The notes under the pieces were generated by a model. That model saw only the letters and a program-made list of their open reading frames with translations, was not told the DNA's origin and searched no databases. Shown here in pieces: positions 9,175 to 18,314 of a DNA stretch of 64,000 nucleotides. Each line of letters begins with the position of its first letter. The first letter of the stretch is position 1. A program made the position numbers and the translations under genes. Location of the stretch: IMG/VR virus record IMGVR_UViG_3300013815_000001. One strand, written 5' to 3'. Origin of the DNA: an uncultured virus (IMG/VR IMGVR_UViG_3300013815_000001). Lineage: Duplodnaviria > Heunggongvirae > Uroviricota > Caudoviricetes.

Positions 9175-9894
9175 CTAGTTAATATTAAATCCAATTCTGC
9201 CATTGGCTATGACGCTATTACTAAAAACTAAATTGCCAACCCTTAACCGATCAGCGTTACCAAACAATCGAACGCCCCGAATTAGCATGTCGAAACGTTT
9301 GATTATCAATTTCTTAGGTGGTTCCACTAACAGCACTAAACGCGGCCCTCGGCTTTTTTCAATAACACTTATCTCAGGGCCAATAACAGTGATATCCCAA
9401 CTTCCAGTACCGCATACCCATTCATTCCTAATTATTTCTAATGAAAGTTTCCCTTTGCTATCATAAAATCTCCCAGAAATAAGTATCGCATCGTCTTCTT
9501 TTTCTACTTGCAATAACGGCTCACCTTCGAACATAACTGGTATTTGACAGTTGATAAAAGTCTGCCCTGCAAATTGGATCAAGGGCTCATCATCAGAAAA
9601 GTCTAGCTTGTCAGTGATTTTTCCAATTTTCAGTGCCGCAGGCTCAAGCATGGCCTTCTTAATCTTCTCTTTCGAATAGATACGCCGGGTAACTTTTGCG
9701 TGACACGTTGGGCAAAGGAGAGTAATCGCATCTGGCGAGTGCTCTTTCGCTAGTGCAAAAGTGGGCTCTACATGTTCATACTCAACGATTGGAGATGCAC
9801 AAACAACACAGCCAAAACCACATTTTTGCCTAACTTGCCTTTTTACCTCCGCGGGGATGGTTCTCGACAAACCATATTTATTGAACTCTCCCAT
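9175..9894 (-). CDS. HNH endonuclease with beta-rich C-terminal domain (candidate anti-phage)
   Basis: GGAGG RBS before ATG 9894; CGFGCVVC...EYEH...ITLLCPTCH zinc-HNH motif. Confidence 0.85.
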   Translation of the reverse strand: MGEFNKYGLSRTIPAEVKRQVRQKCGFGCVVCASPIVEYEHVEPTFALAKEHSPDAITLLCPTCHAKVTRRIYSKEKIKKAMLEPAALKIGKITDKLDFSDDEPLIQFAGQTFINCQIPVMFEGEPLLQVEKEDDAILISGRFYDSKGKLSLEIIRNEWVCGTGSWDITVIGPEISVIEKSRGPRLVLLVEPPKKLIIKRFDMLIRGVRLFGNADRLRVGNLVFSNSVIANGRIGFNIN

Positions 9895-10117
9895 ACTGCA
9901 ACCTCCAGTTTTATTATGTTTATATATCATCCCGTTAAAATCATTCTACTCAAAGGAAGTACAGGCAGAATGTGACGAATATCATTTTAGGAGGTTTAAA
10001 AATCTTTTAATAAAGCAACTTTAAAAGTGAGGGAAGTACATATCCCTAGCTTTATTGCCTAATTTTTATTGCACTTTGAACTGAAACCTTCATTAAAGTG
10101 CCGAATTGTGGTCCTTT

Positions 10118-10321
10118 TCAAGTCTGGTCATTTAACCTTCCCTGGTTAGGTGTTACCGACCAGGGTATTTCAAACATAAACACACCGTCACAAGTTCGCC
10201 CCAGCCAGTACCCGCCGCCGTACTCTTTGGGGCGCTGGAAAAAGGCCAGACCGCCGGGAACATAGCGCGGAAGGGCTTCGCCCCGGTAAACAACCTGATA
10301 GTCATCGTCCTTTTTGCCCAT
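10118..10321 (-). CDS. small phage hypothetical protein, possibly 3'-truncated
   Basis: MGKKDDDYQVVYRGE...GGGYWLGRT; phage-like GC at the start, running into AT-rich cargo at the 3' end. Confidence 0.55.
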   Translation of the reverse strand: MGKKDDDYQVVYRGEALPRYVPGGLAFFQRPKEYGGGYWLGRTCDGVFMFEIPWSVTPNQGRLNDQT

Positions 10322-10401
10322 TGCCTAACGCCTCGCCTCGCTTTGCTCGTTGTTCAACGCCGAAGCCGGCAGGAAATTTCCTTGCCGGCTTCGGCGTTCG
10401 C

Positions 10402-10519
10402 TCAGTGCATCCAGCTGTCGTATGACCAAACTATGCCAGAATGCCTATCACGCGCTTTTATCTTTGACCGGACTAAACCCGCTTAACTCAAGATCGTTAG
10501 CGCTGTTTTTACAAATGCA
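10402..10519 (-). pseudogene. decayed DinI-like (TumB/Tum C-terminal) fragment
   Basis: With two frameshifts reads ICKNSANDLELSGFSPVKD/KRVIGIL/IVWSYDSWMH*, like the C-terminus of phage DinI-like proteins (..SANGVELSG..KKRVMEIL..VWEDDSWLH). Confidence 0.6.
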
Positions 10520-10533
10520 TTTCCGTTTCCTCG

Positions 10534-10725
10534 TTACCGCGAAGAGTCATCTATGGAGCAGGCATAATCATGGTTGCGGATTTTTGCCATCAGCTCATCG
10601 GTAAGCTCAGAAACCCACTGGATAGCGAGCCGCTTTTCTTCATCGTTGCAGTCGCTGGCAGCTACCAGTTTCATAAAAAAATCAATACGCTGAAGTTTTA
10701 CTGACTCCCAGAAACACTCTTGCAT
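10534..10725 (-). CDS. TumA-like SOS-inducible antirepressor
   Basis: MQECFWESVKLQRIDFFMKLVAASDCNDEEKRLAIQWVSEL; downstream of gpA with an SOS box upstream, as for 186/Fels-2 tum. Confidence 0.7.
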   Translation of the reverse strand: MQECFWESVKLQRIDFFMKLVAASDCNDEEKRLAIQWVSELTDELMAKIRNHDYACSIDDSSR

Positions 10726-10758
10726 TTTCCCTCCTGACACCAACTACTGAACAAAATA

Positions 10759-10774
10759 CTGTATATAAATACAG
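10759..10774. promoter_or_regulatory. LexA SOS box upstream of tum
   Basis: CTGTATATAAATACAG = CTG-N10-CAG with AT-rich core. Confidence 0.88.
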
Positions 10775-10877
10775 CATATAACACTCAAGAAGTTGTAAAC
10801 CTTTTTCCGGTTTCAAGAGGATGATTCTGATGTAATTTTTAAGCGCAACTATCGCGAATCATGAGTTAGTACATGCA

Positions 10878-13124
10878 TTAGCCAACCGCCCTGATAGTGT
10901 TAAACTTCGCTAAAACCCGCTCCGCTCTCGCCTTATATTGGGCCTCACTGAGTACAGGCTTTGGCCCGCGTGCAGCAAATATTTCTCCTGAGCCCGATCC
11001 CCTGCACCATTTCCCATTAATGCACATTTTCGCCCCGCTCATAAGCGACAGAGCTTGCCCGCGGCTAAGGGTTTCACCGGTTAAAAGCTGGATTTCGTCT
11101 ATTGTCCTGGCGATGCCTGCCGCGTTTTTTTCGGTGGCATGGTTAAAGGTTCGCCGTTTCACCGCTTTCCTTTCTCTCAACCGGTCAGTCAGTTGCCGGC
11201 GTTCGCGGCGGGTTAATGGGCTGGTGAGATCAACCGGCGGCCTTTCCGCAGGATCTGGCCCGGCCTCCGGCGTACAGTTATTGACAGAACTCCGAGAGGG
11301 CGCAGAAGCGCCCTTAACTTCAAAACCTTCGGCCTGCGGCCGTTTAGCAACAATCTTCCACTGCGTGAGCCGTGTAATAATGGGCGTGCAGTCGCCGACT
11401 TCCTTGTCATAAACCCCACGAATGCGCACACACTCTTCGCCGTATTCGTTAACCGCGTCCGTGCTTTCGTACCAGGTGCGCACCTGAAGCTCATCACGGC
11501 GCACAAACGGGCCGCCCTGGGCGTTAACGTAGCCTGCCCAGTCGCCCGCATCAGCGGCATCATGTACAAGCGCAAACTCCACGCTAAGCCCTTTCGCCGT
11601 TTCAGCGTCGGCCATCCGGCGCAGCTCGCGGTAAACCGTCACCGGTGCGCCGCCCACAAACTGAAACTGACGAATACGCCAGCGGGCCGCCCAGGCCGAT
11701 ACCGCCGGCGCGGTTTCCTTGAGCATTTCGCCGCTCTCGTCGTCGCGCTCATCATCAAGCGCGTAACCGTCGATATTTTTGCTGATGTATTTCGCCACGT
11801 AGCCGGTGGCGCTGCCCTTGTCCGGGTCGATAGCTTCAGCGTGAAAACGGGCCTTGCGGGCCTTCTCGCTTTTAAGCTCGTGGTGGTCTTCTTCACGGGC
11901 ATAGCGGGAAATTACGGCACGCACGCGGTCGACATCTTCCGGCAGCATAAACATAAGCATGTGCCAGTGTGGCGTGGCGTCGTGGTGCGGCTCGGCGACG
12001 CGAATACCAAATATGCGAATATCGTCACGGTGCAGCTTCGCGCGAATACGCGCCCACAGCCCGGTTAAATAGCGCTGTGTGTCCGCCGGGCTTGCGCCGT
12101 TCCATTTGGTGTTACGGTAGCCGGCCTTTGTGGTGGCGTGGAATTTAGACGGGGCGGTCAGCGTGTAGAACTCGCCAACATAGCCGAGTTCGTTACAGAT
12201 ATTTTCGAAGCCGCGGATGCGGGTCATCAGCTCGCAACGGCGGATCGCCGGGTTCGCGACGCTACCGTCGTATTTTTCGATAAGGCTGATGCGGTTGCCT
12301 TCTTCATCTTCCAGCTCCATGCCCTTGAGAAATTCGCGGGTGCGGCGCTTCTGTTCGCGCCAGTCACTCACACAGCTTTTGCTGGCATACGCGCTGCGCT
12401 TTTTGCTGACGTTTCCGAGCGCGATGTGCAGATGCTCGCGCCATTCTGCGGCGACGCGGCGAAGGCGGCCTTTCCACCATTTTTCTTCCGTCATGCGCAA
12501 CACCGCCGGGCCGACATCATTAGCGGTTACGTATTTGGTAGTAATCCTTTCCCACCGAGGCGGCTCGCTTCTGAAATGGCGGGTAATACGCGCGGCGCAC
12601 ATGTACGAGGCGTGCAGCGCCTTTAACTCGCTGCCCTCCTGGATTTCAACAGTGCCTAATTCAGCAACGATGAAATTGGCGATGTCGCCGGCAAGTAAAT
12701 CGATATCGGCTTTCGACATATCAGCCAGGCGGTTATAACGCGCGGTCATGTTCACAAGCCGCGTTGTCAGATAACGGGCTGACACATCATCATCCCGGCC
12801 ATCAAAAACCGGCAGGGCCACATCTGGTGAAATGGCCTCGATACGATATTTCGCCGCAACCAGTTCAAGGCGCGGTAATGCCCTCCGGGTGAAATTCACC
12901 AGAAAGGCATTAGCTCGCTGAACATCGTGCTCCCGCTCCTGCTCGTCGGCGCGACGGCGCACGCCGTAACGCACCAGGTCAGGCTGCTTTTCCAGCTCGT
13001 TACGCGCATGCAGCAGCGCCGCAATCATCCGATCGCGGCGGCGCTCCTGTTCATAGGTCAGATATGGGCTGGCGATGGCCTCGCGTGGCGCGTTCCATGC
13101 GTGCAAAAATTCCGGCACCGTCAC
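10878..13124 (-). CDS. A: P2 gpA rolling-circle replication endonuclease
   Basis: FYTLTAPSKFH, EPHHDATPHWH (HUH), GYVAKYISKNIDG (two Tyr), RIRQFQFVGG. Confidence 0.96.
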   Translation of the reverse strand: MTVPEFLHAWNAPREAIASPYLTYEQERRRDRMIAALLHARNELEKQPDLVRYGVRRRADEQEREHDVQRANAFLVNFTRRALPRLELVAAKYRIEAISPDVALPVFDGRDDDVSARYLTTRLVNMTARYNRLADMSKADIDLLAGDIANFIVAELGTVEIQEGSELKALHASYMCAARITRHFRSEPPRWERITTKYVTANDVGPAVLRMTEEKWWKGRLRRVAAEWREHLHIALGNVSKKRSAYASKSCVSDWREQKRRTREFLKGMELEDEEGNRISLIEKYDGSVANPAIRRCELMTRIRGFENICNELGYVGEFYTLTAPSKFHATTKAGYRNTKWNGASPADTQRYLTGLWARIRAKLHRDDIRIFGIRVAEPHHDATPHWHMLMFMLPEDVDRVRAVISRYAREEDHHELKSEKARKARFHAEAIDPDKGSATGYVAKYISKNIDGYALDDERDDESGEMLKETAPAVSAWAARWRIRQFQFVGGAPVTVYRELRRMADAETAKGLSVEFALVHDAADAGDWAGYVNAQGGPFVRRDELQVRTWYESTDAVNEYGEECVRIRGVYDKEVGDCTPIITRLTQWKIVAKRPQAEGFEVKGASAPSRSSVNNCTPEAGPDPAERPPVDLTSPLTRRERRQLTDRLRERKAVKRRTFNHATEKNAAGIARTIDEIQLLTGETLSRGQALSLMSGAKMCINGKWCRGSGSGEIFAARGPKPVLSEAQYKARAERVLAKFNTIRAVG

Positions 13125-13158
13125 ACCCCGTCACGCAGTGGCTTACTGTTGCCCGGTC

Positions 13159-13383
13159 TCATACGGCGCCCCGGTAATGCGCGGATTTCAGCTCTGATAT
13201 TTCCTGGCAGGTCATGCAAAGCTCAACACCCGGTAATGCAGCGCGGCGTGCTTCAGGGATAGGCCCGTTGCATGATTCGCAGAGAAAACGAGAAGGCGCA
13301 GCCTGCCGGCTGCGCGCTTTGTTAATATGGCGCTCGCGTTCTTCCTCGACGCGCTGCTGTACAAGGTCCATTGCATCGGCCAT
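13159..13383 (-). CDS. DksA/TraR C4 zinc-finger protein (P2 Orf82-like)
   Basis: MADAMD...CESCNGPIPEARRAALPGVELCMTCQ. Confidence 0.9.
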   Translation of the reverse strand: MADAMDLVQQRVEEERERHINKARSRQAAPSRFLCESCNGPIPEARRAALPGVELCMTCQEISELKSAHYRGAV

Positions 13384-13616
13384 CAGTGCAGCTCCTGCGC
13401 TTCGTTGACAATCTTCACCGCCTCATCGCGCAGCAGCTCGGCGGCCTCGGTACTGGACAACCGACCATTTGCAATATGATCGGCCAGGTTATCGAGGCGG
13501 GAGGCCATCACATCAGCGCGACCGCGACGCTCATCCAGACGCGCCTCGGTCAGCATCGAAACCAGCCCGGCATCGTCTGGGCCGGTTTGAGTTTTACGTG
13601 TCTGTATATTACGCAT
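13383..13616 (-). CDS. P2 Orf80-like (DUF2732) protein
   Basis: ARLDERRGRA...LSSTEAAELLRDEA; early operon position. Confidence 0.8.
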   Translation of the reverse strand: MRNIQTRKTQTGPDDAGLVSMLTEARLDERRGRADVMASRLDNLADHIANGRLSSTEAAELLRDEAVKIVNEAQELH

Positions 13617-13686
13617 ATTGCTTTCTCCTGAATTTGGGCAAAAAAATGCCCGGCGGGTTTACGCCATTTATTTCTCTACGGGTTAT

Positions 13687-14061
13687 TTACTCGGGTAATA
13701 CAGCTTCATGCAGCGAGAAACGGCGCGGCAGAATATCGCCCCATCGCGTTATTTCATTCATCGCCCTGATAAGCATTAACCGGCGGGGCTGGTCGAAATA
13801 TTCAAACGGTTTTCCAACCTCATCGCTTTTGAATGTTCCCGGCTCCATGCGGTTAGCCAGCGTCATCACGACAAACTTAAAGTTATCATCAAGCTTGTTG
13901 AAATTACGCAGCGCCCCGTTTTGCGTCGCCTTTAACTGATGATGAAACCGTGCAAAACATTCCATACCGGTCATTTTCTCCGGTCGGGTTTCTTCACAAC
14001 GGGCATTATTAAACGGCTTCGCACCGGCATTAATTGGTGCTGATATGGTGTTTTGGTTCAT
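13687..14061 (-). CDS. 186-like early protein (DUF5347-like)
   Basis: 124 aa ORF in early operon, overlapping the upstream stop. Confidence 0.65.
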   Translation of the reverse strand: MNQNTISAPINAGAKPFNNARCEETRPEKMTGMECFARFHHQLKATQNGALRNFNKLDDNFKFVVMTLANRMEPGTFKSDEVGKPFEYFDQPRRLMLIRAMNEITRWGDILPRRFSLHEAVLPE

Positions 14062-14249
14062 ACCGACTCCAGAAAAAGTTTTATCCGGCTTACCAGTGAA
14101 GGTTTAGCGCTATTGCGCAGGCCGCTTAATAATGCCGACTGATCGCGGCTCGGGTGCCAGCGCTGACCTTTTTTACCGACTATCCAGCCATGTCCGTAAT
14201 GCATGGACGGGCTTTGTTTTTTTAACAGTGAAGCAAAAGAGGGCTCCAT
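14058..14249 (-). CDS. Fil-like phage filamentation protein
   Basis: SFASLLKKQSPSMHYGHGWIVGKKGQRWHP, after cII as in 186. Confidence 0.75.
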   Translation of the reverse strand: MEPSFASLLKKQSPSMHYGHGWIVGKKGQRWHPSRDQSALLSGLRNSAKPSLVSRIKLFLESV

Positions 14250-14257
14250 ACTTCACC

Positions 14258-14767
14258 TCACATCAGGCCAAACGTGGCGCCAATGCCGCTAACGGTATCA
14301 ACAGCGCTTGCGACGGCCGGGCTTCCCTGTATGCGATGCTGAACTGCGAGAGCCGCGAGGAATAAACAGCGAATCCCCGTGTTAACATTCGTTACCAGCG
14401 AGCTTTTGCGACATTGGGTCATGTGCTCGGAAGAAATGGCCCCTGCTGCTAACTGCCCCACCTCTGCTGTTGCTTTCATGACATAGACGGGCAGCTTTTC
14501 AGTTGCCAGTTCGTTAACCGGCACGCAAGGCATGCAATGCATTTGCGCGAGAAAACCGTCAACCAACGTCGAGTCTTCCGTGATATCGGTCAGCAACATA
14601 ATTTCTTTTGCCGTCAACTCGTGCGGCTGCTCAGGGTTGAGCTTATTGGTTAGCGTCTGCGGCTTTATACCGGCCTTTTTTGCCAGGCTGGTAACGTTAT
14701 GGCGTGCAGCAAAAGCGCGACATGCTTCGTCATAATGCGGATGTATGGAAACGCGAAAATCAAACAT
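14258..14767 (-). CDS. cII: 186-type CII activator
   Basis: MFDFRVSIHPHYDEACRAFA...QTLTNKLNPEQPH. Confidence 0.9.
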   Translation of the reverse strand: MFDFRVSIHPHYDEACRAFAARHNVTSLAKKAGIKPQTLTNKLNPEQPHELTAKEIMLLTDITEDSTLVDGFLAQMHCMPCVPVNELATEKLPVYVMKATAEVGQLAAGAISSEHMTQCRKSSLVTNVNTGIRCLFLAALAVQHRIQGSPAVASAVDTVSGIGATFGLM

Positions 14768-14802
14768 GCTGTAAATCCTTTTATGTCTCAAAATGGGACC
14801 AG

Positions 14803-15042
14803 TTACCCAACAACAATTCTGAAGTTAGAGTGACCTAAGGATTCGCGTACCTGATCTGCCTTATAAGCAAGATAACGAATACGCACATGATCTTTATTTT
14901 TTATCTTTGCAACTATGTACTTAGCCAGTTTCCCATGATGGATTTTTTGATACACCGAGCCACGGGAGATACCTTCCCATTCTGCGAACTCGGCAGGCGT
15001 CGCAAACTCTTTAAGTACACAAATTGATATATCAGTGCTCAT
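14803..15042 (-). CDS. Apl/Cox-like excisionase-repressor
   Basis: Small HTH (TPAEFAEWEGISRGSVYQKIHHGKL) divergent from cI. Confidence 0.8.
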   Translation of the reverse strand: MSTDISICVLKEFATPAEFAEWEGISRGSVYQKIHHGKLAKYIVAKIKNKDHVRIRYLAYKADQVRESLGHSNFRIVVG

Positions 15043-15152
15043 AAGGCAGTATCTCTTAGTTTTGTTCCGTTTTATCTCGTTTTATAAAGTTGAGGTTTGT
15101 TTTTCAAACCTTGAGTGGATACTAAGGTCGCGTTTTGTAAACGTCAAGGGTT

Positions 15153-15782
15153 TTGATTATGAGATCTATCAAGGTTGGCAACGACAGCGGTGGCCGGGAT
15201 GCGATTAACCGGCTTATCAAAGCTTATAACTTCAGCTCCCGACAGCAGCTTTGTGACCATCTGTCGGTGTCTAAAAGCACTATGGCAAACAGATACTTAA
15301 GGGATAGTTTTCCTGCGGAGTGGGTGATTCAATGCGCCCTCGAAACAGGAGTCTCGCTGCTTTGGTTAGCTACTGGACAAGGAGATAAATCAGACAAAAA
15401 ACTAAGTACTGATTATGTGAACTCGGCTGATATCAAAAACCTTTCAGAAGTAGTTGCCCCTGAAATTGATAAGGTTAAGTTGCATGGTGGAGCTTTAGTT
15501 GAAGATGGCAAAGTCATTCTGGATAGCAGCCTGATTCCAAAAGATATTATCGATCCGCTACTGGTTAGTACCGAAGAGGGTTTTTATTTAATTGACCATA
15601 GCGTAACGCCGCCGGTTAATGGTCTGTGGCTCGTTGATATCGACGGTATCAAGAGCATTGCAAAACTCACTCGCCTGCCTGGTAACCGTTTAGTTGTTAC
15701 TCAGGGGGAATCTTCATTTGAATGCTCACTGGATGAAATTGATGTCATAGGCCGAGCGGTCAGGATGATTAAGAGCATTTGA
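15153..15782 (+). CDS. cI: 186/Fels-2-type CI immunity repressor
   Basis: GGRDAINRLIKAYNFSSRQQLCDHL..STMANRYLRDSFPAEWVIQCALETGVSLLWLATG. Confidence 0.9.
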   Translation: MIMRSIKVGNDSGGRDAINRLIKAYNFSSRQQLCDHLSVSKSTMANRYLRDSFPAEWVIQCALETGVSLLWLATGQGDKSDKKLSTDYVNSADIKNLSEVVAPEIDKVKLHGGALVEDGKVILDSSLIPKDIIDPLLVSTEEGFYLIDHSVTPPVNGLWLVDIDGIKSIAKLTRLPGNRLVVTQGESSFECSLDEIDVIGRAVRMIKSI

Positions 15783-15783
15783 G

Positions 15784-16803
15784 ATGACAGTAAGAAAGCA
15801 ATCTAACGGGAAATGGTTGTGCGAATGCTATCCGAACGGACGCGAAGGTAAGCGCGTCCGTAAGCAGTTTGCGACAAAAGGCGAAGCCATAGCGTTTGAA
15901 AACTTCACTATGGATGAAGTGAATAAAAAACCATGGTTAGGAGAGAAAGAAGATCGCCGTCGTTTATCTGAATTGATTGAACAATGGCATTCACTGTATG
16001 GGCAGACTCTCGCAGACCCTAAGCGCCTGATGGCGAAACTGAACATCATATGTAACGGCCTCGGCAATCCGATAGCGTCAGAGTTGACCGCTAGCGACTT
16101 TACTAAATACCGGGAAGCGCGGCTTAAAGGGGAAGTAAGAAGCGAGGATGGGACGTTAATGTCGCCCGTAAAACCCCGGACGGTAAATCTTGAGCAACGC
16201 AACCTATCATCTGTATTTGGCACCCTGAAAAAGCTGGGCCACTGGTCAGCGCCTAACCCGCTCGCCGGGCTACCAACATTTAAGATTGCTGAGGGTGAGT
16301 TGGCATTTCTTACACCGGAAGAAATCAAACGTCTTCTGGATGCTTGCGCAGATTCTCAAAGCCCCAGCCTGTTGATGATCGCAAAGATATGCCTGGCCAC
16401 TGGCGCACGATGGAGTGAAGCTGAAAACCTCCAAGGCCATCAGTTATCAAAATACCGCGTCACTTATACCAAGACGAAGGGCAAGAAAAACCGTACCGTG
16501 CCTATATCTCAAGATCTGTATGACGAACTCCCCAAAAACAGAGGAAAGTTATTCACGCCATGCAGAAAAGCTTTTGAGCGTGCGGTGAAGCGTGCTGGTA
16601 TCGACTTACCTGAAGGTCAGTGCACCCACGTGCTGCGCCATACGTTCGCCAGTCATTTTATGATGAATGGCGGAAATATCCTTATTCTTAAAGAAATTTT
16701 AGGGCATGCCGATATAAAAATGACAATGATTTACGCGCATTTTTCACCAGAGCATCTGGAAGATGCTGTAACAAAAAACCCCTTAAATAGCCTTGGATAC
16801 TGA
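15784..16803 (+). CDS. int: tyrosine integrase (186/Fels-2 family)
   Basis: TGARWSE, HVLRHTFASHF, LGHADIKMTMIYAH catalytic motifs. Confidence 0.96.
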   Translation: MTVRKQSNGKWLCECYPNGREGKRVRKQFATKGEAIAFENFTMDEVNKKPWLGEKEDRRRLSELIEQWHSLYGQTLADPKRLMAKLNIICNGLGNPIASELTASDFTKYREARLKGEVRSEDGTLMSPVKPRTVNLEQRNLSSVFGTLKKLGHWSAPNPLAGLPTFKIAEGELAFLTPEEIKRLLDACADSQSPSLLMIAKICLATGARWSEAENLQGHQLSKYRVTYTKTKGKKNRTVPISQDLYDELPKNRGKLFTPCRKAFERAVKRAGIDLPEGQCTHVLRHTFASHFMMNGGNILILKEILGHADIKMTMIYAHFSPEHLEDAVTKNPLNSLGY

Positions 16804-16805
16804 TT

Positions 16806-18062
16806 ATGTCCTATGAAGTTGAACTTTCTTACGAGATCGACCAGTTTTTTAAGAGCATTTATAGAAAGAGAAATCTAAAACTACCTTTGACCAAAAAAGA
16901 TGATCTAGTTTTAGATTTCTTAACTAGATGTGAGATTTATAATACTCTCTTATCCCAATACATTTCAGAGAATAAAAATGAATTTTCAGAATTAATTCCT
17001 GCCATCTTGGAGGTTTCTAAATTCTTACAGAATGGAATACTCAAGACATTAACATCGTTTTTATCTGGAGATATTAAATTAGCGTATGATACATTTGATA
17101 AAACCCTTTCAAATAGAATAGTTTATAAAAACCTAAGAAGAATATCCGTCCCGCTAAGTGATTTGTGCAATACGAAAAAAAATTTATTTCGTGTCAGGAA
17201 ATCGGACAAGCCACTGGGAAAAAGAAAAGACTTATTTCATATACCTTTTTCCATGCGTCATTTTGTTAATGCACAAAGATACTCTGTAGCAGGACTGCCT
17301 TGTTTATATCTTGGCACTTCACTTTATATATGCTGGCAGGAAATGGATAAACCAGACTTAGGTAAATTATACATTTCATCCTTTAGATCTAAAGATTCCA
17401 AATCCCGAGTTTTGAATCTTGCAGCAGGTTTCCTATATCATAGAACAAAATCGAAATATGCTGAAGAGATAACATTTAAAGATAATTCAATAAAACTTTC
17501 CTATCTAATATTATGGCCTCTCATAGCAGCATGCAATTATATTAAATCTGAAAGTAACGCACCTTTCATTCAAGAATATATCATTCCAAATCTTTTGATG
17601 CAGTGGATAAGCAGGAAAGATGGGACGCCAATATCAGGTATTGCATATCGTTCTACTAAATTCTCAAAACCATCGCAAAGCCCCCAAGCGATAAACGTAG
17701 TGTTACCGCCAAAAGTTAATTATGCTGAAACCGTAGAGTATGATTTTTGCCCAACTCTATGCTCCATGTTTGCTTTTACTCCACCAGTGTCTTGGCAAAT
17801 AGTTAAAACGCTTGATTACTCTGTTGGCGCAGAGTTGACAAGTGAGCAGATAAAAGCAATCGACTCTTTGAAAAGAAGAGAAAGTATCGGAATCAGAAAT
17901 TTTGATGAAGATCTAGTGAGTTTGTATCCATTAACTGACTTTTACAAACTTGAAGTTTTCATCGACCGGTACATGGATTATGAGGAGATGATCCCTAACA
18001 AAGATGGCGGCAAAATGGCGACGGAACTATTAAACAAGCTAAAACTTATAGATACAAACTAA
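16806..18062 (+). CDS. RES-domain protein (moron, candidate defence gene)
   Basis: LFRVR...QRYSVAGLPCLYLGTSLYICWQEM...GIAYRST matches the RES (Arg-Glu-Ser) pattern; AT-rich. Confidence 0.75.
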   Translation: MSYEVELSYEIDQFFKSIYRKRNLKLPLTKKDDLVLDFLTRCEIYNTLLSQYISENKNEFSELIPAILEVSKFLQNGILKTLTSFLSGDIKLAYDTFDKTLSNRIVYKNLRRISVPLSDLCNTKKNLFRVRKSDKPLGKRKDLFHIPFSMRHFVNAQRYSVAGLPCLYLGTSLYICWQEMDKPDLGKLYISSFRSKDSKSRVLNLAAGFLYHRTKSKYAEEITFKDNSIKLSYLILWPLIAACNYIKSESNAPFIQEYIIPNLLMQWISRKDGTPISGIAYRSTKFSKPSQSPQAINVVLPPKVNYAETVEYDFCPTLCSMFAFTPPVSWQIVKTLDYSVGAELTSEQIKAIDSLKRRESIGIRNFDEDLVSLYPLTDFYKLEVFIDRYMDYEEMIPNKDGGKMATELLNKLKLIDTN

Positions 18063-18117
18063 AACCAAGATATTGATTTATAATGTAAAACACTGAAAGT
18101 AATGACCTATTTATAGT

Positions 18118-18162
18118 ATGTAGGAATTTCGGACGCGGGTTCAACTCCCGCCAGCTCCACCA
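18118..18162 (+). ncRNA. ssrA: 3' 45 nt of tmRNA = att core duplication (not a full gene)
   Basis: ATGTAGGAATTTCGGACGCGGGTTCAACTCCCGCCAGCTCCACCA matches the enterobacterial tmRNA 3' end; upstream sequence is not tmRNA. Confidence 0.93.
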
Positions 18163-18287
18163 AATATACATGGACAGTGGCAGGACGGACGTTTTAAAAA
18201 CAGCAAGTTAGCCACTTTACCCGGACAGCGACCAGACGCAGAAGGGACAAAAAAGGATACGCAAAGGAGCCGCGGCTCCAAGTGATG

Positions 18288-18314
18288 AAAAAGCCCGCTT
18301 ATGCGGGCTTTTTT
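18288..18314. terminator. bidirectional intrinsic terminator
   Basis: AAAAAGCCCGC-TTAT-GCGGGCTTTTTT. Confidence 0.85.

Larger units (their letters stand above)
1..18162. mobile_element. P2-like (186/Fels-2-type) prophage, left end outside window, integrated at ssrA
   Basis: Canonical gene order lysB/lys/holin/X/L/M/N/O-P/Q-cos-cargo-tum-A-...-cII-apl-cI-int, ending at a tmRNA 3'-end duplication. Confidence 0.95.

Noticed and set aside
18118..18162. Complete tRNA or tmRNA gene
   Set aside because: Only the T-arm/acceptor 3' end is present; upstream is phage att-arm sequence
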